This document shows positions 42,301 to 54,493 of a DNA stretch of 64,000 nt, one piece after another (the first letter of the stretch is position 1; each line of letters opens with the position of its first letter). Made by a program: the position numbers and the translations under genes. This stretch comes from Phoronis australis (Eukaryota; Animalia; Phoronida): assembly GCA_002633005.1 (NCBI GenBank), contig NMRA01000112.1, positions 750,659-814,658 of the forward strand, in the 5' to 3' direction. The notes beneath the pieces are model-generated. The model was not told the origin of the DNA. It did no database searches and worked only from the letters and a program-made list of their open reading frames with translations.

Positions 42301-45300
42301 GTAGGCACCAACTCATTTCCATAGAGTGTTTTCTTTTGATTTTCAACGATTCCAGAACAAAAAAAATAGAGTAAGACTGCGGAGATAACCAACATTTTAA
42401 TTTGGGAACAAAGTGTTGGAACTCTGCCTCAACTGAAAAACCACATCTTGATCTGTTCATTTACGTGGAGCATGAACACGAAAATTGTGTCAGGCACAAT
42501 TTAGTTGTCGGGGTTACGACAAAAAGCTTTAACATTGATTTTTACACTAGCATTGGAGTTGCTTTCTTCAGTCGAGATCGGAAGTGAACTCCAGTTCTTC
42601 ATGTACGATAACACTACAGTCATTGACATTTTAGGATACGTGTAACTTATGAAAAAGAGAGTCTCATCTGACACCAGCTTCTTGAACTGATAACACACAC
42701 GGGTATTATCGCACATACCAAAATAAATGAGAATAGACGCCTTTAGGTACACACGCAATTTTGGGTGGTAATTTCAGCTATGTACCGCATTAGTCTATTC
42801 CCCCACGACATACCCTCGTTAACACTAACCAAACATGGGAACATGATTGTTCTGCAGGACATTCCAACATGCCATAGAACTCAATATTTCGAAAAAATAT
42901 GAGCTGTGTAGTCAAAAATGGACCTCGCATATTTTCTCACTAAAGGACCCGTTTCTGCAAAACATCATAATCAGTCAACACGCTTGTAAATGGGAGTTAA
43001 CCTCTCCCCAGAGACGTTTCCACTCACTCTTGCGTCAGTGAAACTTTTAAGTCAGCAAAATTCCTCACTTGCGATTCATTAATTACAAATATGCACAAGT
43101 CTTTGGCTCAGCTACAAGCGTGAGTCCTAGATCCATCTACATCTACATGGCACGCTGAGGAGGGGTCGAATTCTTGTGAGAACTTAGCAGAATGTTGCCG
43201 TCTAGTCTTCCGTTGTCATCAGATTTAAACTTATTAACACGGCGCCTAAATATCATAATCTATAATTCTTAGCGAGGAGGTTTGGGGCCAGACTAGCATA
43301 CAGTAGTAGGTCGATAGTTACATTTTGTGTATCACCATTAACGTGAATGACCGGGAACTAATTTTCATTAGAAAAGACGAATAATTATCAAAACCATTGG
43401 ACGGGAATTATTGTTCAGGACAAGCTGCATACATCCAGGAGTTTGATCGCCCTTGACTACTTCTGAAAATGTTTATAGCGCCACATTTCATATGTATTAT
43501 CAATATACTTAATATTATAATAAATGGTTAAATGAATGCCAAGTCGTGATAACGTCAATATTCACATAATTCACAGAAGAAAAAACAAAAAACACTATTA
43601 ACCACAGCTGATGCGAAATTTAAGTAGCGACAATGCGTGGGGCACAAATTCCTTACAACTGGAAGTCATGTTCAACAGGATGTTGAGAAAATAAGTGTCA
43701 TGATGTTTAAAGAACGCTGTTGTACGCGAATGAAAAATGCAACCGATTTGCTTCTACAAATGTTCTCAAATTCACTACTGACAAGCTATGGACGGTAACG
43801 TCACACATGTCTTACCAGATTCACTTCCGATATGGGCCCCATACTGCGAACATTGAGGTCGGTTAAAACATTCAACGGGGCTCCTATGAAGAGAAATGAT
43901 ATTATTAATTGTTTTTCTACACTGCATGCGTACATATACAGACACATAGATCCTGAGGGATTCAACATTTGGACCCGATTAACGATATCGTCTGTGTACG
44001 CCTCGTCTCAGTTACCAACGGACAGCTCCAACTTGTTTAATTAGAAGTAATATTACATAACGCCACGTGTCTTAGTAAACGTCAGCTTCCCCCTACTTTG
44101 GGATAAGAACAAGTAATAATTTGGAACTATTAGAATTTCTAACCGTTTGCCTCAGTCGCAGACGTGTTTCAGGACACGTCTGCTGATTGAATCGACAAAC
44201 CAGTGGCATTCCGCAATGAAATCTAGTACATAACAGTATACCACAATATTAGTCTCGAATGGCCAATACAACCGTGTAATAACCCATTTAGTTATCTCAA
44301 TAGTGAAATAACATTTTGGCGAACCCGGACCGCAAGAGTTTCTGGTCGTCGACTTTACCAATGCACCACTCAGCGCCGGGCTGACGTCATCGAACGTGAA
44401 AATTACTTAAATGAGCACGCTTAACAATCGCTTGTTCAACAAAGGACATTGTACCGACATTTATACGCTATGAAAAATAAGACGCATAATTTTCATAAAA
44501 ACGATTTTTCAATTCAGTGAAATTTTTCTCTAATGTTCTCTCACTTTGTAAATCACCGATCTCCAATTTGAATGTGAGTATCGAGTCGTCGGGATCCTAA
44601 AATACAAGCTTTGACTTCGAACTTGAAACCCTACTGTAACGTCTTAGTTTAGCATAAACGCGAGATAATGTGAGCTTGATATTCTGTTCCGTTGTTATAT
44701 AATTATGCAGATCACGTGATCCAGGAGTTGTACTTGATGACCTTAAATTGTTACGAAACAACCAAAAGATGTCAGATTCTAATATGTACATGGAGGTCTT
44801 ATTTTTAGGTCGAGGTTATCAAGTGCGTTGTTCTCAAATACATCTTACCGCCTTGGCCTGGCCTCAAAGAAGGATCGTAATCATCTAGCAGTCGATCCAG
44901 TAGTAGAGATATGTTTGTGTTTTGCTTTGATTTCGCTTGTTGTATCAACTCGTGATCAATAGAAAGAGTCTTTGAGCTATTTGAACGGTTCTCATTGCCA
45001 TTGTTCATGCTATCAGTTTCGTTGGACGCGGTTTCTGGTGACAACGTCACACTGCGAGGAGCTCGGTCGAAGAAGATAGTGTGACTATGGTAAGGGTCTG
45101 CTGTCACATTGGTAGGAGATACGTCCATCATTGCAGACGTCAATAAGGGCGTTGATGTGATGATAAATCTACAACAGAAAGTGCAATCTCTACATATTCA
45201 CTTTTTGTATATTCATATTTGTTCGTGAAACTTGATCGAAGAAAATTAGTTACATCTATTCCTACCAGATTTCGTATCAAATTGTTACTGGACTTGTACA

Positions 45301-47162
45301 GTTCGTAGACACAGAGATTATGATCAACCCATAAAAGGATCATTCGGTCAAGCAAACTTGTCCTTTGAAGCTCCCCCATAAGCAGTGATAAAGGCGCTGC
45401 ATTATTGTCAACGCCGTGACATCAATATTTTTTGGTGTGAACGCCACTGCGCATACCTGATTTAGTCATCACATTGATGTGGACAACACTCACGAGGTAC
45501 ATACATTCTCTGCTGCTTCAGAATAGCGTTGAGCGGACTGATTGCAATTCACATAATGGATTCCAATCGGACTTCAGCACGCGCGCATATGTTGCTATAG
45601 TAAAGTTCGAAAATCAACGTTTTCGCCTTGTCTGTGTTGGGTAAAACGTCGATCAGTTTCGTGATCACCTTCCATGCAATAAATGCCATCTCGCAGGCTT
45701 TAAATTTTTGTACCTCCTTTTGTACCTGCCGTAACAATTATCTCGCTCTTCGTCAGAACAGATTTTATCAATTCTTCTTTGGTCAAAACAAAAACGACGT
45801 TGCTGAGTTTTTGCAGGCATGGTGCTTGCAATGAGCCGTTGAGAGACTATATTGGGTTTGACAGATTGACATAGCAGTTTGAACTATAAAACATTCTCTG
45901 GCGATGTCCAAATTTTGTTTATTTGGTGACATTCCTGGATGAGGACTATCTGAATATAAACAATTTCACTATCAACAGACATCCACAACAGTGATGTTCG
46001 TCATCATAAATTCGATATCCTTGTAATTTCCGACTTAACAATTATAGGAGGTGTGCTTATGTTTAAGTTAACGACTTACGTTTCGACACGTGCCTAACAA
46101 GCTGTTTGCCTTTAGATATTTCTACATGATAAACACGCTCTTCGTAAGTAGCAGCGCCAACAATAACTTACGCACCACGGGCCACACAAGCTGCCAAACG
46201 CTGGTCAAGTTTAGCTTGAAGCGACGTTTCTGCTCGGCCCACATTCGGAAATGGACCAGAATGATGAAAAACAGTTGGGCTAATTGTGAGCTTTAACTGC
46301 TTGAAACAACCGCATTACTGATGCATTTAAATACTTGAATTAAAACAACGTTTGAGTTTTAGATAAACGTCGAGAGGTTCTTGAAAAGTTGCATTTTATA
46401 TCTAAAACTATCAAGAACCATGTTTTAAATTATTTGCCACTGCAAAATTTTCTCAGTTTTTTATCCCTGCTTCTGAGATAAAGTGTACATTACATAGATT
46501 TGTTTTCAAGTAAATGACGGCATCTGTTAGCTGAAATCTAAAGTTACGTTGGCTATTAAAGTCACATGACCATTGCCTGAGTACATTTCATTTCACAAAA
46601 TGGCGAGTACCTAATGAATTTAGTCAATTTTGCGACACGCCACAAAAATGGAGTCGTGAAATAAAGCAGGTTGACATTTTTTTACGGCTATACTTTTGTC
46701 AGGATGGGGCTTGTAGTAGCATTCTTAGATTAAGAATCCGTCTTGTGGTTATTAAGTCTAATTTTGAAATTTGCCAGTTTTGACCCTCCGACGTAGCATT
46801 CAACAAAACTTAAATCCCATGACACCTCACCGTTTCTATACTGAAGGGGAGTGTTTAGAAAAGCCGACCACTTTGCTCAACTCCGCTGCATATAATATAT
46901 TACAAAGAGTGATAACTTAACAATATATAATACACTCCATTATTTACACGTTGAAACTCAGGAGTTCTTCAATATTGGCTTCATCGTATTATTAGCCGCT
47001 CAAACTGTCTTGTACAGACACAGTGGTTAATTTAGTACAATCTTTCAAAATGTTACTTCATTGTTAATCTATTAGAAAATGATAGAAATTTGCTTACCTG
47101 AACTGTGTCGACATTACGATCGTGAGGATTAGGAAACACGATGACACGGTTGATGCCTCCAT
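33080..47162 (-). CDS. Cys-loop ligand-gated ion channel, GABA-A receptor alpha-like / insect GRD-CG8916-type subunit; 9 coding exons, 539 aa
   Basis: Exons 47162-47098, 45168-44849, 43883-43816, 40345-40119, 38935-38853, 38570-38430, 37639-37487, 36500-36250 and 33391-33080 all have GT-AG boundaries and compatible phases (sum 1620 nt). Signal peptide, [15 protein letters not shown], Cys-loop and M1-M4 are present. [11 protein letters not shown] and [10 protein letters not shown] resemble the GRD clade. Confidence 0.93.
36250..36500 (-). CDS. Receptor gene 1, M2-M3 exon
   Basis: TTTCAG|[31 protein letters not shown]...[10 protein letters not shown]...[16 protein letters not shown]...KNI|GTAAGT. 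Confidence 0.95.
36587..37054. mobile_element. ~470-bp fold-back (MITE-like) element; nearly the whole length is one imperfect inverted repeat
   Basis: AGGCGCTTCATACGCAGG pairs with CCTGCGTATGAAGTGCCT; ACTGATTAAAACATCAAAGTCACG with CGTGACTTTGATGTTTTAATCAGT; AAATCGGCAACTGG with CCAGTTGCCGATTT. Arms ~210 bp, loop ~40-50 bp. Confidence 0.88.
37487..37639 (-). CDS. Receptor gene 1, M1 exon (153 bp; absent from the ORF track)
   Basis: TTTCAG|[50 protein letters not shown]|GTATCC. Confidence 0.95.
38430..38570 (-). CDS. Receptor gene 1, loop B/F exon (141 bp)
   Basis: TTTTAG|[46 protein letters not shown]|GTGAGG. Confidence 0.93.
38853..38935 (-). CDS. Receptor gene 1, Cys-loop exon (83 bp)
   Basis: TTTCAG|[27 protein letters not shown]|GTAAGT; C-x13-C. 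Confidence 0.95.
40119..40345 (-). CDS. Receptor gene 1, loop D/A/E exon (227 bp)
   Basis: CACAG|[17 protein letters not shown]...[11 protein letters not shown]...LLYSMR|GTAAAT. Confidence 0.95.
43816..43883 (-). CDS. Receptor gene 1, 68-bp exon
   Basis: TTCATAG|[22 protein letters not shown]|GTAAGA. Confidence 0.93.
44849..45168 (-). CDS. Receptor gene 1, N-terminal extracellular exon (320 bp)
   Basis: TTGTAG|FIITSTPLL...[22 protein letters not shown]|GTAAGA. Confidence 0.88.
47098..47162 (-). CDS. Receptor gene 1, first coding exon (signal peptide)
   Basis: ATG at 47162: [21 protein letters not shown](R)|GTAAGC. Phase 2 matches the next exon. An acceptor TTGTAG at ~47180 implies an upstream non-coding exon. 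Confidence 0.75.
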
Positions 47163-48949
47163 AATGGTGAAGAAAATACCTACAAATGATGGTCTACACA
47201 AAGGTAATCAACAAAACTAATGAAGAAATCAATGCTATTAGACACATAAAATATGCATGGATAAAACTGAGTGACAGAAAATTTGTCTAGATTTTCCATC
47301 TCGTTGAATACAGTTGCACAACCTATACAACGGTCGTGCATAGTATATGAGCTTAGAAATTGTATTCCACGGTTCAATATCACAGTATTGCGTTATATTT
47401 GCATTTTTTGTAATTGGATGGTCATCCCCATTTCATGCATTGTAGCCTATAAGCTACTAAAGCATTGCCCGTGGCGGCAATTTTGCAAGCTTAGCACAGT
47501 ACTGTTTTGAGGGACAGCTGTCAATAAAGCTCGGATTACTGAACAAAAAATTGGCAAAAGAAGTATGGAGCCTCTGTGGAGTCCTATGAGATAAGATGAG
47601 ATGAGATAAGCTTTCTCCACAATATGAAGATTATTGAGAACCGAGTCTTTGATGACGGGGTTCTGGAAAAACAACAAAACCTAAACCAAGAATTATTTGT
47701 TTTCTTACTTGTTGCTGTTCGTTACGCTCAAAATTTGGACTTATGTCTTGCCAAAATTGATTTGATTTAGGAAATGAAAAATAAGATAGGCTATCTTTGT
47801 TATTGGCTGTTCGCACGGAAATCTCATTAATAACATTTCTGTTGCATCAAAACTCTTAATTGTTACACAAGCATTTATTTTTCTCATTAACCGTGATTGC
47901 ATTCATCCTTTATAGTTTGCACCAACAAGGTCTTTACTTACGCCTCTTGCCAGATAGTGAAAGACAGTTTGATTAAAAAAAAGAAACGTGTTGGCAAGAA
48001 ACTGATTGGGGCGCACAACACGAAAAGAAAATTGTTAGCGGGAACTAGGATACAGTTATTGAGTCAAGGTGAAAATTGCTTAACCTGAAATATTGACCGC
48101 TAAAAATGACATGTTATTACTATTTAGATATATCTACTAGCAAATTCGTAATACATGTACATGTAGATGTCATTGAACTAACGAGTTTAGCTAATATACA
48201 ACGGAACGCATCTAGAGTGAGTATTTCATCCTTAACGAATTCCACGCTATTTTCGGCATCCGTGTTTTATGGGTTTCATGTTGTGTCGTCGCAGCCGCCA
48301 ACTGTTTATTCACCTGTTTTTCCAGAGTAAATCATTAGCGCTAATTACTTGAGTGTAGAACAGTTTATAAATGGCAAATGTAACTAAATGCGGTGAGCGC
48401 ACACCGAACGCCAGTTGATATGTAGAATTTAGCCTTCCTTGGGTTCTAGATATACTGTACATAATTAATTTGCAAACACGTTGCCTCTTCATATGGGCAT
48501 TACTGCTGAAGAATTTTAGAATTTATTATTCCTTAGTAAGGTTAGTCCACATAAAAAGGCTAAATCATCAATTTCACGGTTTCCCTTCGTAATGCTGAAC
48601 ATTTTATTGGAAAACAATTTTGCTGACAATGGTCTTTCTTGCCTCAACGTTTTGCTTGAGAGTTCAACTGAAGCGCTCGATCTTCAAGTCAATGCAACAT
48701 ACATACATGTATAAACAGTCTGGGGCCTGTGTGTTTTAAATCAGAAGTTTGGTTTAACGCTCCAATTTCTCTATTGCTGAAAAAGTTGTGTCATGTAATT
48801 ACAAAAAATGAAATGGAGCCCAAGGCATCTGGTTAATTTTTGTACTCAACTCTTACTCGAAATTGTATTTGATGTTTCCATTCTGCTTTTGTGCCAATCA
48901 TGATAAGCTTGTGTTATTCTTTGCCCGAGTAGTTATGGTGTAAGTCGAA

Positions 48950-49170
48950 GAGTGTCTAGCCCATGATAGCTTTAGATAGCTCCTAGATTGAGGCTACAAG
49001 CTAGAATAAAAGGGAAATTTTGAGTAAAAATTAGAAATTTCCAGTACGGACTCGAATCTACATGTATATTGTTTATGCGGGCTCATTAATTGTAAGACAA
49101 TGTTCAGACAGTCACCCACGTAAATAATAGATGCTTAACTATAGTTCGCATAAAAGTAAACGGAAAATGT
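48950..49170 (+). repeat. Old dispersed repeat, copy 2 (related to ~4316-4530)
   Basis: Same colinear blocks as the copy at 4316-4530. Confidence 0.5.
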
Positions 49171-51420
49171 TAAAATTAATTTCCAATTCGAATTTGATTA
49201 CAACGTTTAAATTGCAGACCTAGTTGTCCATAAGAAACGATTAAAATGAATTTTTCTTCAATCTGCATTGCGTTTTATTGAAGACGAAACGTGTTGTGCG
49301 AAAAACGCAATACCCATATTAAAAATAATGTTACTCTATCACAGTTTGGTTCGGACAGGAATATGTCTACAATATTGTGAAATAGTTACAGTACATTGCT
49401 ACTGTTAAACATATGAACCTTTGTTAATAAAAGTTCATGACTTTTGCCTCAAATGTTTTTCTAAGCCGCGTAGCTTTATGTACTACGTTTTTCAGCTCGT
49501 CAGATGTGGTTTCGCAGGCTTTACTAAAAATAACAAAAAAATGGTATACTACCAAACTTCAACTACAGGGAAAAAATCGGATGGGTTTGCCCTGCTCTGC
49601 CATAATACACATCAAGGTAAATTTTGTCCCACTTTTTATTTACGTAACGGCGCTAACTTGTTCGCCTGAGGATTATACGACCTTGAACTTGTTCCGACGT
49701 CCATGTTTAGGGTTATAAACCGTACACGAGGTTATGCAACACGAAGGCGATTTTGCCCCACTTTCATTTTTTGTTATGTTAGGAAACCCGCATTAGGCCT
49801 ATTTCTAATAGTGACCCAATATTATTGATTGCCATTTTTCATATTTTCGTTACAGACATGCGCTCTTGCTTTTTGATGAATTTTAAATTAAAATTTTTGG
49901 TGAACAAGTACAGTAAAGGTTAGGTTAAGAAAGTACACACTCTGATTCAGAATCATTTTCGACACCACTAAATTGAGAAAATTCTAACGAACTACATTAA
50001 TGGAAAAGAACTTACCCTTTTGCTGCACTTTTGACAGGCAATTTCCTGCTTATTTTCAAGACATCCCAATAACCCAAATAACTCGGCGATATGTCTTTAG
50101 AATGTGAAGATGTTTCATGCGAGAGAGCCTTGGGCAGTTAATCGATCCTATCAAGTGGTGGATTTGACCGTATCTTCTCGAACTGTTGCCACGGAGCCAC
50201 GTGCGATAGAATTACAAACACGTGTAGCTACAACGGCAATACGTTAATTTGACCGGAAACTTAGCACAGCCACGAGGTGAGCCGTTTGGGACTGGGTGGC
50301 ACCTACAGTAGCACATGTGCTAAAAGAAAGTCCCATTATCGTTGTTAGATTTTGATTAATGACATGATCGCAAAAATACGAAAATCATTGAGAGAGAACA
50401 ATGTTTTGTGCTATTGCCCTATTTTTGCATCCAGTAGAGTGCACAGATTTGGTGATGTCCCTCTCTCTCTACGTAAATACATGAACACTAGTATTAAGAA
50501 AAGTATAAAAGATAGAACAACAACTTAAACAATTTATTCAATTTAACTACATATCAGCCACAATTTCAAAAAAGTTTTCCATAGGAATTGGATGCCATGG
50601 CCGGCGCCCCGTCGCCTCCCTTTCTGCACGCAACTTACTGTGCACAATAGCACGGATAGGAAACCAGTTTTAACACGGGCGCGCACCCTTATTTTACACC
50701 GTAAAATCTCTCACACACAAACCGTAATTTTACCACGGAACCGGCTGAACCACAGCCAATTCAGGCAGTCTTGCTACAAATAATTTTAGTGCAAGTAGAT
50801 AACGTAGTAGACTCAGTTTCTTTGTGTTTTTTCGGTTATTTGCAAAGAAAATTATCCAAAAGTGGACAGATTCCAGGTAAGAGATATATAATTGCAATGT
50901 GTGATAAGTGTGCGCGCTCGCAGTATGAGTCGTCTTTGGAAGTAAAAACACCTTCACTTGAAAACTTAATACATGGCCACTGATCCGATGAGTTCATGTA
51001 AAGCTGGCTATTTGCGCTAAAGTCGAATTATCTGTACGATGCCTTAGATTTCAGGATATTTAGAACAAAATCAGTTGTGCTGTCTACTAAATGTCGCCAA
51101 ATGAAAAGTAGGTCACAACTGGTTATTCTCCAAGTAGAGTAGGTCTAGTCGATAGCACCATTTATACTTTTCTGATCTTCAAGCGAAATGTTTTGATTAA
51201 AAAATCAGGTCGGTAGCTTAGGCACATACTTATCTTATCATGGGCAAGCAATTAGCTCCGGTAGGTCTAGGGCTGTGTCCAAAAGTCAAATTAACACTTG
51301 GGATTGGCCGTAACTCAGTGCTCCATAAAGACATTTAAGTTAAGCTAACCTTCTGATGAACTTCATATTTTTGTAGTTTCATTGCATAAAGGTAGTTTGC
51401 ATTTAATTTTAAACGTAGCA

Positions 51421-51615
51421 AGTAGTATAGTAAATGGTTTTGGACGCCTGTTTTGCTGGTCTCGGTCGAAGGTCATCTATGTGAAAGGTCAAAGGTCACG
51501 TGAAATAACTGCAATCGGAAGGGACACCATCCACCTACCGGACGGATGTGTCAATGACGTTACACCTCATGACGTAATAGGTTTAATTGGTTAGAGAGGC
51601 ACCTCGAAGCCCGTT
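51421..51615 (+). repeat. Polinton left terminal inverted repeat
   Basis: Reverse complement of 54815-55002, e.g. CCACCTACCGGACGGAT.TGTCAATGACGTTACACCTCATGACGTAATAGGTTTA. Confidence 0.93.
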
Positions 51616-51906
51616 GCTTGCTTCATTTAGAGCGGTATGAAAGAAATTGCTTTCCGCACACATGCATATGATGGTTAATGAGACACCTTAAACAATGTGT
51701 ATAACAATGTAACTATTATAGAGCTGATCGTTATCTGATTGAAACATCTTGGTTGTTAGAAATGAGCGCGGCTTATGTTTACAACGACCTCATAGAAGGT
51801 GACTATGAGAGAGCGGACGATTTGTTACGAAACTATGTCGGAGGGGTTCCCTTATGGTATTCTGATTCGGATTCGTCTTTAGATTGAATTGAATTATTTT
51901 TCAGCC

Positions 51907-52569
51907 ATGAAAAAACACTGCAATATTTGTGGAAAGACGTTCCCTACGCCCCGAGGTCTGCAACAACATCGCCGAAGGGTTCACGAGAGAAGGCACGAGT
52001 GCCAATTTTGTGGTAGGACCTTCAGCCGAAGGGATAATTTCGCAGGACACCGATGCTGTCAAAATCTGCACGACGTCCCCCGACACGTCCCTCACCACGG
52101 CTCTACCTTCAGCGCGGCGTCATCGCCAGGAAATAACGTCATCGCTGAAGATCCGATTGTACCACAAATCCCCGAAAACATCGATCCCAATATGGCTGCC
52201 GTCTATCGGGACAACTGGTCTGCCATACATGTACGTACTAGAGCAGCCGTGAGAAGAAGGCTGCAAGATATTTACAACTTTAGATTGCAAGGGTTGAATC
52301 CCGAAAACCTACGAGAAGACCTGCTGAGGGTATTTAGACAACAGACTGTTGCATTCAAAATAAATTTTTCTTACGGATTCATTTTGAGAAACCAAGAGGA
52401 CAACGAATTCCGGTATTTCCACTCTAGTTTGAACAATAACGCGTTCATGGATGAGCCCCTTGTCGTGAGGCGAGAACGAGATCTGGACGCGTTATTTTCC
52501 ATTCTAGGGGACCTGGACGTTCTCGAATTGGTGAGACAACGACGACCCACGTCGAGGTGGATCGTTGAA
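51907..52569 (+). CDS. N-terminal part of the Polinton PolB ORF: two C2H2-type zinc fingers plus a conserved N-terminal region; runs into the assembly gap
   Basis: CNICGKTFPTPRGLQQHRRRVH and CQFCGRTFSRRDNFAGHRC, then FKINFSYGFILRN..DNEFRYFHSS.NN...RP.SRW. Open to the N-run at 52570. Confidence 0.75.
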
Positions 52570-53161
52570 NNNNNNNNNNNNNNNNNNNNNNNNNNNNNNN
52601 NNNNNNNNNNNNNNNNNNNNNNNNNNNNNNNNNNNNNNNNNNNNNNNNNNNNNNNNNNNNNNNNNNNNNNNNNNNNNNNNNNNNNNNNNNNNNNNNNNNN
52701 NNNNNNNNNNNNNNNNNNNNNNNNNNNNNNNNNNNNNNNNNNNNNNNNNNNNNNNNNNNNNNNNNNNNNNNNNNNNNNNNNNNNNNNNNNNNNNNNNNNN
52801 NNNNNNNNNNNNNNNNNNNNNNNNNNNNNNNNNNNNNNNNNNNNNNNNNNNNNNNNNNNNNNNNNNNNNNNNNNNNNNNNNNNNNNNNNNNNNNNNNNNN
52901 NNNNNNNNNNNNNNNNNNNNNNNNNNNNNNNNNNNNNNNNNNNNNNNNNNNNNNNNNNNNNNNNNNNNNNNNNNNNNNNNNNNNNNNNNNNNNNNNNNNN
53001 NNNNNNNNNNNNNNNNNNNNNNNNNNNNNNNNNNNNNNNNNNNNNNNNNNNNNNNNNNNNNNNNNNNNNNNNNNNNNNNNNNNNNNNNNNNNNNNNNNNN
53101 NNNNNNNNNNNNNNNNNNNNNNNNNNNNNNNNNNNNNNNNNNNNNNNNNNNNNNNNNNNNN
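52570..53161. other. Assembly gap (592 N)
   Basis: Run of N; the true size is unknown. Confidence 1.
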
Positions 53162-54371
53162 CGTTCTTTTCTGAGAAGACGAGAGTTGTCCACGGAACGT
53201 TGCTACCGCTTGACGAGCGAACAAATAAAATCGTTCGTTCTAGACGGTACTCTGTTCGGGGTTTTGGAGTGTGACATCGAAGTCCCGAGCCATCTGAGAG
53301 AGCACTTTTCAGAAATGCAGCCTATATTCAAGAACGTAGACATCACCAGAGACGACCTAGGAGAATTTATGCGGGAGTATGCCGAGAAAAACAAAATCAT
53401 GAGCCGACCACGACGATCTCTGGTAGGAAGTGTCTTCGGCAAAAAAAAATTGTTGGCGACCCCGCTTCTGAAATGGTACTTGGAACACGGCCTGGAGACA
53501 ACAAACGTCTATCAAGTGGTCGAATTTGCTCCCGTAAAATGCTTCGAGCGTTTTGGTGAGGAAGTCAGCGACGCTAGGCGGGAAGGGGACAAAGATAAAA
53601 ACAAAGCGATCGCGGCGCAGACGATGGAACAGCGCGTATGATAAGACGGTAACGAATCATCGTGACGTAAAGTATTGCGGAGAGGCTAAGGCTCAACGGG
53701 AAGTCCAATTCCCGGAATTTAGACACGTCAACTACATCGGGGACGGAACCTACGAATTGGAGATGAAAAAGAAGACCTTCCGCCTGAACCTACCGCTTCA
53801 AATAGGTTTTTTCGTTAATCAATACGCAAAGTTGCGTATGTTGAAGTTTTATTACGACTTCATGTTAAGATTCGTCGACAGATCCGACTTCAAATATTGC
53901 GAAATGGACACGGACTCGGCGTACATGGCTATATCCGGTAACTGCCTTGAGGGCGTAATAAAACCAGACATGCGAGGAGCTTTCGAGAGGGAAAAACATC
54001 TTTGGTTCCCGCGAACGGACACGGAAGAAAACGAAGCTCACGACACCAGCACACCCGGCTTATTGAAACTGGAATTTGAAGGGGACTACTGCATCGCCCT
54101 TTGCTCTAAAACCTATTACGTGGGGGTGGACGACGGTCAATCCCATTTTAGCTGTAAAGGAGTGCAAAGACAAAAAAATGCAATCGACAAGGCGAGGTAT
54201 CTCAAAGTATTACAGACCACAAAGAGTAGCTCGGCCCTCAACAAAGGATTCCGGTTAGGCGGTGACAACACTATGTATACCTACCTGCAAGAGAGGTGCG
54301 CGTTCATCTACTTTTATCCCAAACGACAAGTGTTCGACGACGGCGTCACCACTGGACCTTTGAACATTTAA
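53162..54371 (+). pseudogene. polB: Protein-primed family B DNA polymerase (Polinton/adintovirus type), C-terminal part, frameshifted
   Basis: LFGVLECDIEVP...MQPIFKN, TPLLKWYL, motif B remnant NSAYDK, YAKLRML.FYYDF, motif C EMDTDS, TPGLLKLE, LCSKTYY, SCKGV. A frameshift at ~53626 removes the K-x3 of KxxxNSxYG. Confidence 0.9.
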
Positions 54372-54493
54372 TTCGGACATTTCATAAATTTGCTATAGAC
54401 TACTTTTCTGAAGGTTTTGATGATTTTAACATTTAATTCGGACATTTTATAAGTTTGCTATAGACTACTTTTCTGAACGTTTTGATGATTTTA
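54363..54493 (+). repeat. Tandem duplication, 2 x ~66 bp, overlapping the PolB stop codon
   Basis: AACATTTAATTCGGACATTT.ATAA.TTTGCTATAGACTACTTTTCTGAA.GTTTTGATGATTTTA occurs twice in succession. Confidence 0.9.

Noticed and set aside
52445-53274. Long ORFs in the track spanning the N-run (461, 358, 259 and 229 aa)
   Set aside because: Their lengths are artefacts of translating N as X; only the flanking plus-strand segments carry real coding signal.
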